Shown: positions 13,946 through 25,059 of the stretch, in pieces
Numbering within the stretch: position 1 is the first letter of the stretch
Layout: every line of letters starts with the position of its first letter
NCBI RefSeq assembly: GCF_006345805.1
Contig: NC_043002.1
Span: 41,106,001-41,170,000 of the forward strand
DNA from: Octopus sinensis
Taxonomy: Eukaryota
DNA: 64,000 nt
Direction of reading: 5' to 3'
The notes under the pieces: generated by a model
Databases searched by the model: none
What the model was told of the DNA's origin: nothing
What the model saw: only the letters and a program-made list of their open reading frames with translations
Made by a program: the position numbers and the translations under genes

Positions 13946-14679
13946 CGTCTGTTAAATATGTAATCCTATTTTGGTACATTACTGAAGTATGAATTTCGGA
14001 TCTTTTCTGTTTGGCTGTCACTTTTCGATTTCTTCAATTTTTGTTTCAGTTGATTTCATATTTGATGAATTGGTGTAGTTTTGTACGGTAATCATTGATA
14101 TGAAATTCATTTTCGCCATTAATCAATGAAGTGATAATAGCTTTTAAAGTCGCAAATTTTGGGTAATTCTAGCCAATTGAAAGCTACAGACACATAGGTG
14201 CCTGTTTCCATAGTAACAAGCCGAGCTATTACCAAGTTGTTTAACCACGTGGTCATTTTTCGCTCACTAAATGCTTAAAACACATGAGGTATGAAGTAGT
14301 TGTGAGATGTGCTGAAAATAATAGCTAAATAGGTCTTAAATCACTCACCTTTTCTTTGCATAATCATATAAATTCCCGTGTGTAGAATACAAATTTGCAA
14401 AACTTTTCTGAAAATTCCAAATAATAAAAGAATTATGAGGGGTTATAAGGCGTGTTTAAAGCAGAATTCCACCAATATTTCACTTGTTTGCAGTTGACAA
14501 CACGTGCAGTCACGCACAAAATGACAGGTTCCAAATACATAATTCTTTTCTTATTTTGTAAATCTAAAGCAAAAGGTATATACAGTATAAGAAATTAGTT
14601 AACTGTTGTAGTTGATTTTGTTGCTCAGATTCTCCCTGATTTCTATAATTTAATATACTATTATCAAAAGTATTCTATC

Positions 14680-15240
14680 AAAGCTCGCTTGGCAACCACA
14701 TAGTTTCGAGTTTAGACCCATTGAGTAAGTGTTTCCTACTATATATTTCTTTATTGCCCACAAGGGGCTAAACATAGAGGGGACAAACAAGGACAGACAA
14801 AGGGATTAAGTCGATTACTTCGACCCCAGTGCGCAACTGGTACTTTATTTATCGACCCCGAAAGGATGAAAGGCAAAGTCGACTTCGGCGGAATTTGAAC
14901 TCACAACGTAACGACAGACGAAATACGGCTACGCATCTCGCCCGGCGTGCTAACGTTTCTGCCAGCTCGCCGCCTTATAGTGTTTCCTACTATAGTCTCG
15001 TGTTGACCAATGCTTTGGTTGACGGAAACTATATGGAAGCCCGTCGAGTACATGCATGGGCCTTTGTGTCGGTGTTTGTCCCTTCACCGCACGACAATCG
15101 ATGTTGGTTTGCTTACGCCCTCATAACTAAGAGACAGAATAAGTAACATTCAAAAATAAGCACTGGGGCTGCTTGTTTGACTAAAGACCTTCAAGGCAGT
15201 ACATGACCGCAGTCCAGTTACTAAAACAAGTAAAATATAA
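14680..15240 (+). mobile_element. SINE family A interrupted by a family B insertion
   Basis: Family A head before 14743 and the rest of the body after 14979. Confidence 0.75.
14744..14978 (-). mobile_element. tRNA-derived SINE, family B, with 16-bp TSD
   Basis: AGTGTTTCCTACTATA at 14728-14743 and 14979-14994; B-box-like GTTCAAATTCC on the minus strand. Confidence 0.9.
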
Positions 15241-16092
15241 CAGTTATTTGAAATGCATATCATTAATCTAGCTGTGTAGGAGCATACTCCCAAATTCTTG
15301 GTAAAACAACATCCGTTATGGAACGATCAATTTCGATGCAACCCTGCCATTCTGCTGAGAAAATAATAGCCTGAAGTTTCATAGAAATGAGATGTAATTT
15401 GCATATGGGATAGGTTTATTTGCATATTGGTTTCAAAGCTTTACAGACACTAACCATAGCATTAAAAAACTATAAATTCATTATATCAAAGTCGATGTTT
15501 AAAATACTACATACACGGCTTGAACGTGTGAATATACTTCAGTTCAGTATAATGAATTTTGATTAAGATGAGTATTGATATGTTATTGAGGTCAAGTCAA
15601 TCAACTGTATTCCCTCTCCTTACATGAAAAAAGCCCCAAAAAACAAAAGAAAGAAAATAAAAGAAAAGAAAAGAGAGAAACACAAATACGGGGGAAGAGC
15701 TGCAAACTTTGTGCTTAAGTAAAATATGTCATTATTCAAAATGAGATGACATTTTATAGTGAAATATAGGAAGTTGGTGAAATTAAGAAATAGCTAACGT
15801 GATTTTGAATTTTGGTTTTAGAAATAAATAACAGTCTTTGATAGAAAGTTGGACGAATATCTGCTAAAATTGATGACTTCAAAGACACATTTGATTTATT
15901 GATTGATTCTCTATCGGCTTAAAGCCGACCGAGTATAACTTTCCACTAAATGGATTTTTAGTTTTTTTTTATTTGTTTTTTGTTTGTTTGTTTGTTTTTC
16001 TTTTTACTTTATCTTTCATCCTTCCAAGGTCGATTAAATCAACTATTCATACCCCTCCACTAAATACTGTGGCCTTGTACTCACGTTAAAGC

Positions 16093-16132
<40 letters not shown>

Positions 16133-16659
16133 TAATAATAATAACAACCACAACAACAACAACAACAACAACAACAATAATAATAATAATCAACAAAGGT
16201 GATGAGGATAATGACGACGATGATGACCATGATGATGATGATCACTCCCATCATCATCGTCGTCGTCGTCCTTGTCGGTGTTGTTGATTGGTGGTGGTAG
16301 TGGTGGTGCCGAGGGATGGAAGGGTGTTATCATTATTCACGGCCAACCTGTTCAGACATGTTTTTACACCGCCCCTCCAACTTCTAGGATTCCAACATAC
16401 TTCAACTGTATGGAAGAATATTTTTAGCGTCTAATTTCATGCAGGAGTTAGAAGTTTGACCAAATAGAATTCAGTCGAAATGAAAAAGGAATTTGTTGTT
16501 AGACTAATTTTATATTTTATTTATATACTTTTTCATCTACACATGTATGAAGGGGCGACGAGTAACTTCCATCTAATCATAAATCATGAATGTTGACGAG
16601 TTTGCACAGATTTTAAACAAATACACACCTACAAAGAAAGTTCACAGAAATGTGTTGCT

Positions 16660-16870
16660 GTTCAGAGGTAAAAAATATTGGTTTCAAATTTTGGCACAAG
16701 ACCAGCAATTTCGGTGGAGGAGGAAGTCGATTACTTATTTTTCCGACTTTAAAAGGATAAAAGACAAAGTCGACCTTGGTGGGATTTGAACTCAGAACTT
16801 AAAGATGAAATACCGCTAAACATTTTGCCCAGCGTGCTACCAATCCTGCCAACTCGCCCCTTAGAGGTAG
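16660..16870 (-). mobile_element. Degenerate SINE family B
   Basis: CAAAGTCGACCTTGGTGGGATTTGAACTCAGAAC matches family B. Confidence 0.7.
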
Positions 16871-17030
16871 CAAGTATTGAAATTTCTGTGGAGAATAGTG
16901 CTGTCAAGAAAGGCCCTATGGACACCGATAGTAAAAACGATAGAAACATTCATACAGACACGCAAAAACTGTCGGATGAAAATAGCAATAGAATTTCAAG
17001 AGGGTGATCAGTTTTATGCTTTGAAAATAT

Positions 17031-17430
17031 CCTTTTCTACTCTAGGCACAAGACTCGAAATGTTGGGGTAGGGGGCCAGTCAATTAGATCGATTCCAGTA
17101 CACAACTGGTACTTAATTTATCGACTCCGAAAGAATGTAAGGCAAAGTCGACCTCGGCGGAATTTGAACTCGGAACATAAAGACAGACGAAATACCTATT
17201 TCTTTACTATCCACTAGGGGCTAAACACAGAAGGGACAAACAAGGACAGACAAACGGATTAAGTCGATTATATCGACCCCAGAGCGCAACTGGTACTTAT
17301 TTAATCGACCCCGAAAGAATGAAAGGCAAAGTCGACCTCGGCGGAATTTGAACTCAGAACGCAGCGGCAGACGAAATACCGCTAAGCATTTCGCCCGGCG
17401 TGCTAACGTTTCCGCCAGCTCACCGCCTTG
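17031..17430 (-). mobile_element. Dimeric SINE family B with one 16-bp TSD
   Basis: TATGCTTTGAAAATAT at 17015-17030 and 17431-17446 flanks two tandem B units. Confidence 0.85.
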
Positions 17431-17479
17431 TATGCTTTGAAAATATAACGTGAAACGAGCAAATTTTAGACTAGGAGCA

Positions 17480-17890
17480 TTTAGACGAAAGGAAGACTGT
17501 ATAGCAACATGATATGACAAAAACGGATGCTTTCTGTCCGAAGCTGACACACGGGACTGAAAGAGAAGAAACGTGACCTACCTGTATATTATCAGACCAA
17601 CTGGAGTATTTCATGTGTTCGCCAAAGAACATCCGGGGGGGGGGGGAGAGCTCCTTCACCACCCTTCCTTGCACTATGTGAAGCGAAATTTCCTGCATCG
17701 GACGAAGGAGAGCAAATTGCTTGATATGTGTTTTAAAAACTGAGGACGAAGTGAAGAGACAAGCTCAGTTAGTGCGTCACACATTAACCAATCAGTATTT
17801 GAGACGAAAATACACTTTCCGTCAGTAACAATCAGCGCCAAACCCACGTCGTTTTCTGATAATGAAGAGGAGACAGAAAGTAAGTAGGTG
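17480..17890. promoter_or_regulatory. Possible promoter-like non-repetitive island
   Basis: CCAAT (AACCAATCAG about 17787), poly-G runs, donor-like AAA|GTAAGT at 17880 (+) and CAG|GTAGGT near 17581 (-). Motifs only. Confidence 0.2.
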
Positions 17891-18429
17891 ACATCGGGGG
17901 GGGGACGTGAAATCGGTGCTGTTTAATATTACTTGCATAAGTTCTAGAGTATGGAAGTTTGACTAAGAGTGAATAACCAGAAACAATGTAATTAATTGTT
18001 CCGTCACAAACCTCCCAGTTTCTGCTCCATCGCATGTTTGGTTGTTCTTGCTGCGAAAGCTTTGTCTGACGCGGACGTGGCCGAGTAGTTAAGAAACTCG
18101 CTTCTCAACTACATGGTCTCGAATTCAGTCCCAATGCACGGTATCTAAGGTCTTCTAGTATAACCCAAGACCGTAAGATAAACGATATCCCTTTTTATTT
18201 ATATCTTATTATGTGCCCTTCTGGTTTGGCTTTTGTTTATCGCTGTCCTGTCCCTGTGTTAAGGTTTAATTTTGTTGCGTTTGTTATTTATTTCATTTTG
18301 TTTTGTATGTGTTAGGTTTATCGTCATGGTTATCGTTCATAATGTTTTTAATTTAAATCTTATTTCCTGTGCATCTAGGTTTTGTGGCTTTTTTGCTTTT
18401 ATTTTCTTTACATACGTATTACCTTTTAA

Positions 18430-18807
18430 GTATTCATTCATCCACTACAATGTTCAGTCCCTGTTTCAGTGTGGCGACTTATGCGCCCCAATAACCCCGA
18501 GAGCTATGCCTGTAAAGCATGATCTCCTAGTAGGGTCTCCCATGCAGGACAGGTCAGAGACAGAGGATATACTAATATGAACCACCACTTCCCAGTAAAA
18601 AAGGGTTTGAGTAGGACCACTGCTTAGAAAAGGCAAAGTAACTGAAGCATTAAGGAATTCATAACCTACAAGAGAGGAAGACATTACCCCGTGAAAACAT
18701 ATGAGGCAGGATATTGAGAAAGAGCTGAAAAAAAGGGCTTCAACTGGAGAAAATAGCTTATGCTCTACATGGAATGAAGGGTTGAAGAAGAGGAAGAATT
18801 TCCATCC

Positions 18808-18810
<3 letters not shown>
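18430..18810 (+). mobile_element. Non-autonomous RTE derivative (5' UTR joined to 3' end)
   Basis: GAGAGCTATGCC...TAGTAGGGTCTCCCATGCAGGACAGGTC resembles RTE/Expander 5' UTRs; the 3' part reads like decayed PRKT.RQDIEKELKK.GF.W RTE terminus. Confidence 0.6.
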
Positions 18811-18869
<59 letters not shown>

Positions 18870-18873
<4 letters not shown>

Positions 18874-19190
18874 GTAATCGGTGGAACTAAGCACGTGTCT
18901 GTTTTTATACAGAAAACTGGAGGTTAGTTTTACAAATTATATTGCTTTTGGAACGATCGTACTGATGAGTCATACGGACGAAGGATTACGTAAATGATTT
19001 ATTCGTTAATAGACGAAACCGGTATGCGATTAATTCTTGATTTTTATATAATTTTCATCTGTCTTGCCCGCCTATTGTTTTGGTGTCCGCTGAATTTTTT
19101 TCTAAAGAACATTCTTTCTTTGTAGTTTGATCGTAGGTGATCTATTTCTAGCATATGGCTGTCCACATAGTAGTTTTCAGCCCTTAAAAT
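18870..19190 (+). mobile_element. Penelope pLTR / retrozyme-like non-coding unit
   Basis: About 320 bp between two (TA)n tracts, carries a hammerhead, about 250 bp upstream of a same-strand Penelope RT. Confidence 0.6.
18956..19030 (+). ncRNA. Type I hammerhead ribozyme, long stem II
   Basis: Stem I ATCGTA/TGCGAT (one G-U); CTGATGA 18962-18968; stem II GTC...GAC extended by ACGAA/TTCGT; GAAA 19015-19018; palindromic ACCGGT; predicted cleavage GUA after 19024. Confidence 0.8.
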
Positions 19191-19207
19191 ATATATATAT
19201 ATATATA

Positions 19208-19260
<53 letters not shown>

Positions 19261-19429
19261 CTGGCTATACGACACACAATCGGCGTCGTTACATTTTCGA
19301 ACAAGGTAGTTTAGCGTCTCCACTCAGATCAAAGCGATATTTGCGTACCAATGGTTTCTTGGTTATTTCTCTTCATCGGCATAGAATAACTGCTTGGCTG
19401 GAGATGGCACCACTAAACTCTTGTTCCAA

Positions 19430-21290
19430 AATATATACATTTCAAAGTGACATACAGTCACTGATCAAATAAGTAGGAAATTATTATTTCTAAATCTCTG
19501 AACGAGAGACATTCAGTAACAGTAATCTAGAGTAAAGATTATTTGTCAACATAATGTTGCAGTCTTGGCTAGGACGATTGTTACATACATACATATTTTC
19601 ATCCTTGAAAACAACTTTTTGGAGTTTAATAGCAATATTTACAAACAAATATCTGAGACTGCGAAGGGTACAAAAGTCGCTCTGACTTACACCAATTCAA
19701 CCATGGCATACATGGAGGTGTCCAGATAGACGAACAATTGAAATTAGAATATGGTTTGAATTTCCAAAAATATTTACTATATAACTGGAAATGTTGCTTA
19801 GATGACTGCCTGATTTTGTGGACGCACACTTTTAACCAGCTTATTGATTTCAAAAACCTAATTAACAGCATAAACAGCAGAATTAATTTCACCTATCATT
19901 TCAAGACGTTCTAATCATCAAAACAGACAAAAGCATTGAAAGAGATATTCATTACAAACGAACAGATTCCAAACAATCCCTGCTGTTCTCCTCATGCCAT
20001 CCAAAACACGCAAAGACTAATATTCCTTTTAATCTAGCAAGAAGAATCTGCATAATTGTTTCAAACGTTGAAACTCATAAAGAAAAGAATCCAGAAATTA
20101 AAACAAATACTAATCGAGAGAAAAAAATCCATCAATGTTAATAGACAACGGAAGAGAGTGTGCCAAAAGAATAGATATTCAAGAATTGCGGAAAATAGGA
20201 AACACTTCAGATATACATGTGCAGGTCACTCTTGAGCGGTACCGGTAACATATAACCCAGTACAACCTGTCGTATGGTCGGGTCGTCGGCGACTAAACTG
20301 GCAACCCCATCAAGCTTGTTTGGTGAGGAGGGTGATTGTTGGACATCCTGCGGGACGAAAGCTAAGACCCGTCAAAGGGCGGAAGAACTACTGTGTAGTC
20401 AACGGCCAATTCAACAAGTATCTTATCGCGGTGAAGTGCCTGTATGCTCCATTGACCCGGAGAGCTATGCTGGAGGGAGAGAAAGCTACAGGCAGGTCTT
20501 ACCAGGCTAAACAAGTCAAAGTATAGGAGACAGACAAAATCTTAAAGACAATAAATCGAAGCGTCGGCAGCAGGGCGTGGATTTAGTTATCGGCAGGATC
20601 TGGCTTTGAACTAGCAGGATGTCATACAGAGGATCTTGAATACAAGACAATGGATGAGACTCTAATATTCTTAGTTAGATGGGAACTGCGGGACCACATG
20701 GAGCAGCACACTGTGACTCCTATAGTATGCGCAACCGAAACCCCTATATGAGGTATCCAATGGGACGACCCAGATGAAATTCAGATATATCCAATACTCT
20801 ACCGTTTATTACAATATGCAATGCTAAAGACAAAGGTTTATAACATCATTCACCAGAACATTCCACTACTGAGACAAGACCCAAGAATGAAACAAGCACT
20901 TGAAATACATAAAATAATTAAGAGCAAAAGACAATCAAAATCTCTCCAGAAACTACTCACCAGCACTAAATTATCCTCCACAAACCTCACACAAACAATC
21001 AAAACGTGTAGCCGACCGCCCTAATTGCGGGACTTGCATCAACCCCATTGCAGACAAAAAAATATGAATTTAAATCAGGAGAGATTTTTATAAAAAACAT
21101 TGTGTTACCTGTTCGTCAAAAAATTTAATATATATGCTATTAAATGTAAAGGATATAACGAAGATTACAAAAATCAAACAAAGCTCACTCAAAAATAGAC
21201 GAACTATTCATAGACAGCAAATACGAGTCCCCAGTACTAGACAGATCCCACTGAGTGGACATATAGACGTATGTACGAAGAAAATAAGTC
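19430..21290 (+). mobile_element. Decayed Penelope-like element (RT, linker, GIY-YIG) interrupted at 20216-20779
   Basis: FILENNFLEFNSNIYKQISETAKGTKVA, WKCCLDDCLILW, DIHYKRTDSKQSLLFSSCHPKH, then TCSSKNLIYAIKCKG and SLKNRRTIHRQQIR. Confidence 0.9.
20216..20779 (+). mobile_element. RTE 5'-UTR-like non-autonomous insertion with 10-bp TSD
   Basis: TTCAGATATA at 20206-20215 and 20780-20789; internal GAGAGCTATGCTGGAGGGAGAGAAAGCT...CAGGTCTTACCAGGC resembles 18490-18550. Confidence 0.75.
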
Positions 21291-21295
21291 TCCAA

Positions 21296-21512
21296 AATTG
21301 TGTATGTGTTTTTATTTGTTTCTACCCCCACCCCCGATTGATAACCGGTGTTGGTTTGTTTATGTCTTTGTAATTTTGTGGTTCGGCAAAGGAAAGTGAC
21401 AGAATAAATACCAGGCTTAAAATAACTACTGGGTTCATTCATTAACCGTAGAAGGCGATACTCCAGCACGGCTGCAATCCAACGACTGAAACAAGTGGAA
21501 GAGTAAAAGAAT
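21296..21512 (+). mobile_element. SINE family A 3' half
   Basis: Ends GACTGAAACAAGT..AAGAGTAAAAG. Confidence 0.8.
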
Positions 21513-21514
21513 AA

Positions 21515-22290
21515 ATATACAGAAGCGAAAAGGATGCTAAGCTGCTAAAAAGGAATAAATGGTGGCAAAGGACTGCTTTTGATGAATCGGACTAGTACAG
21601 GAAATAACAAAAATAGAGTAATAGATATTTGCATGATCTGGATTCATTAACGAAAAGTATTTGATAACATACCATAACCGGAGACGCTCCACAGATATAG
21701 TATCCCTAATACTTGCAAAGAACATAAACCGTGTTAGAATGAAAAACAACTCTAATCATTACACGCCAAAGAGAACTAAAACCATCAGTATTCGCATAAG
21801 AAGAGGAATCTTCCGGAGAAACTCACTATTACCTCCCTACTCTTTTACTTAGCTCTGACTCCATTAACAAATAAGCTGGTTGAACCACTAATGATTACAG
21901 ACAAAATATAAACTATTATACGTATAGATGACTGAAAAATATTTATGAAAGACACTACCTAGTTGGAAACTTACAAAAAATTGTTTTTAAATTCAACCAA
22001 GACATAAAAATAATCATGGGATTAGACAAATATGTGAAAGCTACTGTGAAAAGAGGCTAATTAAATGAAACTGAGAATATTAAATTAGAAACAGATACGC
22101 AAATCGGAGAATTAGATAAGACCCACACTTACAAATACTTAAGAGTAGATGAAATTGATAAGAAACAACACGCAGAAATGAACAAGAAAATTAGATAAAA
22201 AGCATTACATAAATGTCATACTAATATTAAAAAGTTAGCTTAGTGCTAGGAATAAGATAACACAAGGCAGCAAATTTCAGCTATCTTTTT
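21515..22290 (+). mobile_element. Decayed Dong/R4-clade reverse transcriptase fragment
   Basis: IRIRRGIF, YIDD.K, FNQDIKIIMGLDKYVKATVKRG, TYKYLRVDE in shifting frames. Confidence 0.75.
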
Positions 22291-22404
22291 TCTGTTACAG
22301 ATATGGGAACCACCATTTCCGACTAAATCGCTGATGCTGAATTCAGATCTGATAACCAAATTTCCCTAACACATCCATAATTTGTGTAACCAAATATCCC
22401 ACTT

Positions 22405-22408
<4 letters not shown>

Positions 22409-22490
<82 letters not shown>
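22409..22490. repeat. (CT)n microsatellite
   Basis: Direct read. Confidence 0.95.
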
Positions 22491-22494
<4 letters not shown>

Positions 22495-23512
22495 TTCTGT
22501 TGCATAAACCATTTTACTTTTCTGTGTCTGTTATATTTTATGCTAATCGTGCTAAAATGTTTTTCTTTTCTTCTGGCTTAGGACAGAGAGTGGAGTTACA
22601 CTGTTCCAGCCATCCACTCAAAAAGTTTGTATATATTAAGTTATTTCTATAAAAAAAACAAATTCTTATCAAGAAATGAAATTTTGCGGTTGGTTCTTCT
22701 TTTTTGCTTTCTGAGAGATAAAGAACTCTGTTTCTACGGGAACCAACAATAATCCCCGATCATATTCCGACTGAAATGCCTTTGGTATTTGTTCTTCATA
22801 ATGAAGATCTGCTATTGGAAACACTCACTGTTCTCGTCGCTTAACAGCCACAAGATCGGCGAGAAAGAAGTTAGAGCAAGAATGTAAGAAAACATGCATT
22901 TTAAGAGACTTCCCACATCCCATTTTGTTGGATCTTGAGAGGGTCATTATGCCAATAATAAATATACGAACTGGTTCATCTTCATTTCAATATTTGTTAA
23001 TTTAACTAACTTACCCATTGTTTCATTAACCGAATGATTGATCAAAACATTCTATTAGGTAGTTAACGAACGAATAATTAAAGAAGTGAAATTGAACCAG
23101 TGTGTGTGTTTATTATTGACATAGTAATATTTCGGGGATACCGAAAAATTTGCTTCAACACACGAATTCATATAAAGAAATTCGTAAATTAAATACAAAA
23201 TAAAACTACATCCCGTTCTTTCAAGTATTTTCAGCATGTTGTCTACTAGTTTACTGTAATTTTCAGATATGTATCCCGAAAAGTATTTCTAACAACTTTA
23301 ATAGAAGCTGCTGTCTCAAGGGGATTAATGAGTTACATATGACACTCTTCGCCTAAGACCCAGTGAAAATACCAGCTTCTAAATTTGCATCTATCAGTAT
23401 TCCGTTGAATTTATCCTTTATATATCGATAATCATTCTCTTACCGATCCACACCCTTCACAAACTTTTTCATGAGACCAAGTTTAATAAGAAGTGGTTGT
23501 GAGTGGTAGATA

Positions 23513-24365
23513 CGAGGTGGTATCAAAAAGTTCCCAGACTAACTATATTTAATAAAAAAAAATAACTTATTTACTTAAGTTTTTACATCATCTCCTTCGA
23601 AATAGTCACCTTGTGCAGTAATACACATGTCCCAGCGTTCCTTCCACTTTTGGAATCCGGCCTGGAAGTCGTTTTCAGTAAACGAGTTGAGGACCTTCTA
23701 CGATTCGCCCTGGATATTGACAACGCTTTTAAACTAAACTGCATTTTCCTTTTGGGGAATTGATGGAAGTCCGCAGATACTAAATCTAGCGAACAGGGCG
23801 GGCGTGGAAGCGATACCATGTTGTTTTAGTGAGAAACTCACGAGTGATGAGAGCCTCGATGACTGGGTGCATTGTCGTTGTGAAGAATCCACGTGGAGGT
23901 TAAGATTGCCTGCACGGACCCAATCGACAGACCAACATCAGTAATGTCGTTGATTGTCCTCCGACGATCCTCATACATAAGCTGATGTATTTTCTCCACA
24001 TTTCCGGGGGTGACGCTCGTGGCAGGTCTTTCAGATCGCTCATCGTCTTCCAGAAACGTAATTCCGCTTTTGAAGCGCCCGTGCTACTCGAAATATGGTG
24101 TAAGGCTCATTGCCTCGTCGCCGTAAGCTTGCCGAAACATGTTCAATGTCTCTGTAGCAAACTCCCTAAGTTTAACGCAAAATATCATGCTGGCTCTTTG
24201 TTCCAACTTCCTGTCCATGACTAAAATCGCAGACTACAGCATATTTGTAATCACAAAAACATACATTTCACAACTTGCGAAGTAAACACAGCGATGTCAC
24301 TTGGCACAACCATGTGCTGCCCTCTGGTGGCGCGCTACAGAACCAGTTCAGGAACCTTTTGATCG
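23513..24365 (-). mobile_element. Internally deleted mariner-like transposon
   Basis: TA then TIR CGAGGTGGTATCAAAAAGTTCC; inverse TIR near 24345-24365; minus-strand remnants HNDNAP, LDLVSADFHQFPK, FQKWKERWDMCITAQGDYFEGD. Confidence 0.85.
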
Positions 24366-25059
24366 AGTGTTGACTGGGGCAGGGTGTTGCACATTATATT
24401 CGCGAGTTACTTCTTCAATTCTATAAAGTCGCTTATTCCTTTCGTACATTATTCGCCAACAATATCTTCAGTTTGTAGATTGTCAATTACGCTACTTTTA
24501 ATCATTCCTTCTATTTCATAAGCACTAAAAGTACACATGCTTCCTCTTTCTCTCTTAGTCCAACTGGAAAGCAATAAGTAAGCCATTACAAATATTCCGT
24601 GTACGCCATTCGCGCTTGATAGGGCTTTGCAGTAGTTCTATGAATTCATAAATCTCGTTATTGCATGTATCGAGTGAATTGAAGGTTCTCATTTGTATTG
24701 TACTATAAGGCAGCTTTAATATTCATTTTAGTAGAGTCCATGAACAGCAGCCACTCTCATGAGTCTTAGTCACAGCTAATCTCTTGCATGAGACCACTGA
24801 TATCATTTTAGAAATAAACACTTTTCTCCCGTAAGAGAAAAAAAAAAGAGAAGAAAGATACTTCATATGAAGATGGAGCAATATAGAAATATGGTGTTTG
24901 CAAACCAAGCAACTCTACCTTTTCTTTTACTAATTCCAAACTGCACACCAGGGTATCTAACTTTGCTTGATTTAGCAGAATGTAGCAAATTATTTGCATG
25001 TTGTCAATATGGGTTATCTCTCCTTGTTTCCATCAGAAGTGTTGTTCGTGATCGTTGAC

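Noticed and set aside
16090-16330. Poly-Asn/Gln/Asp/His/Gly-like coding exon (also 10170-10310 and 41515-41590)
   Set aside because: Trinucleotide microsatellites drifting by single-base steps, without splice context or unique flanking code.
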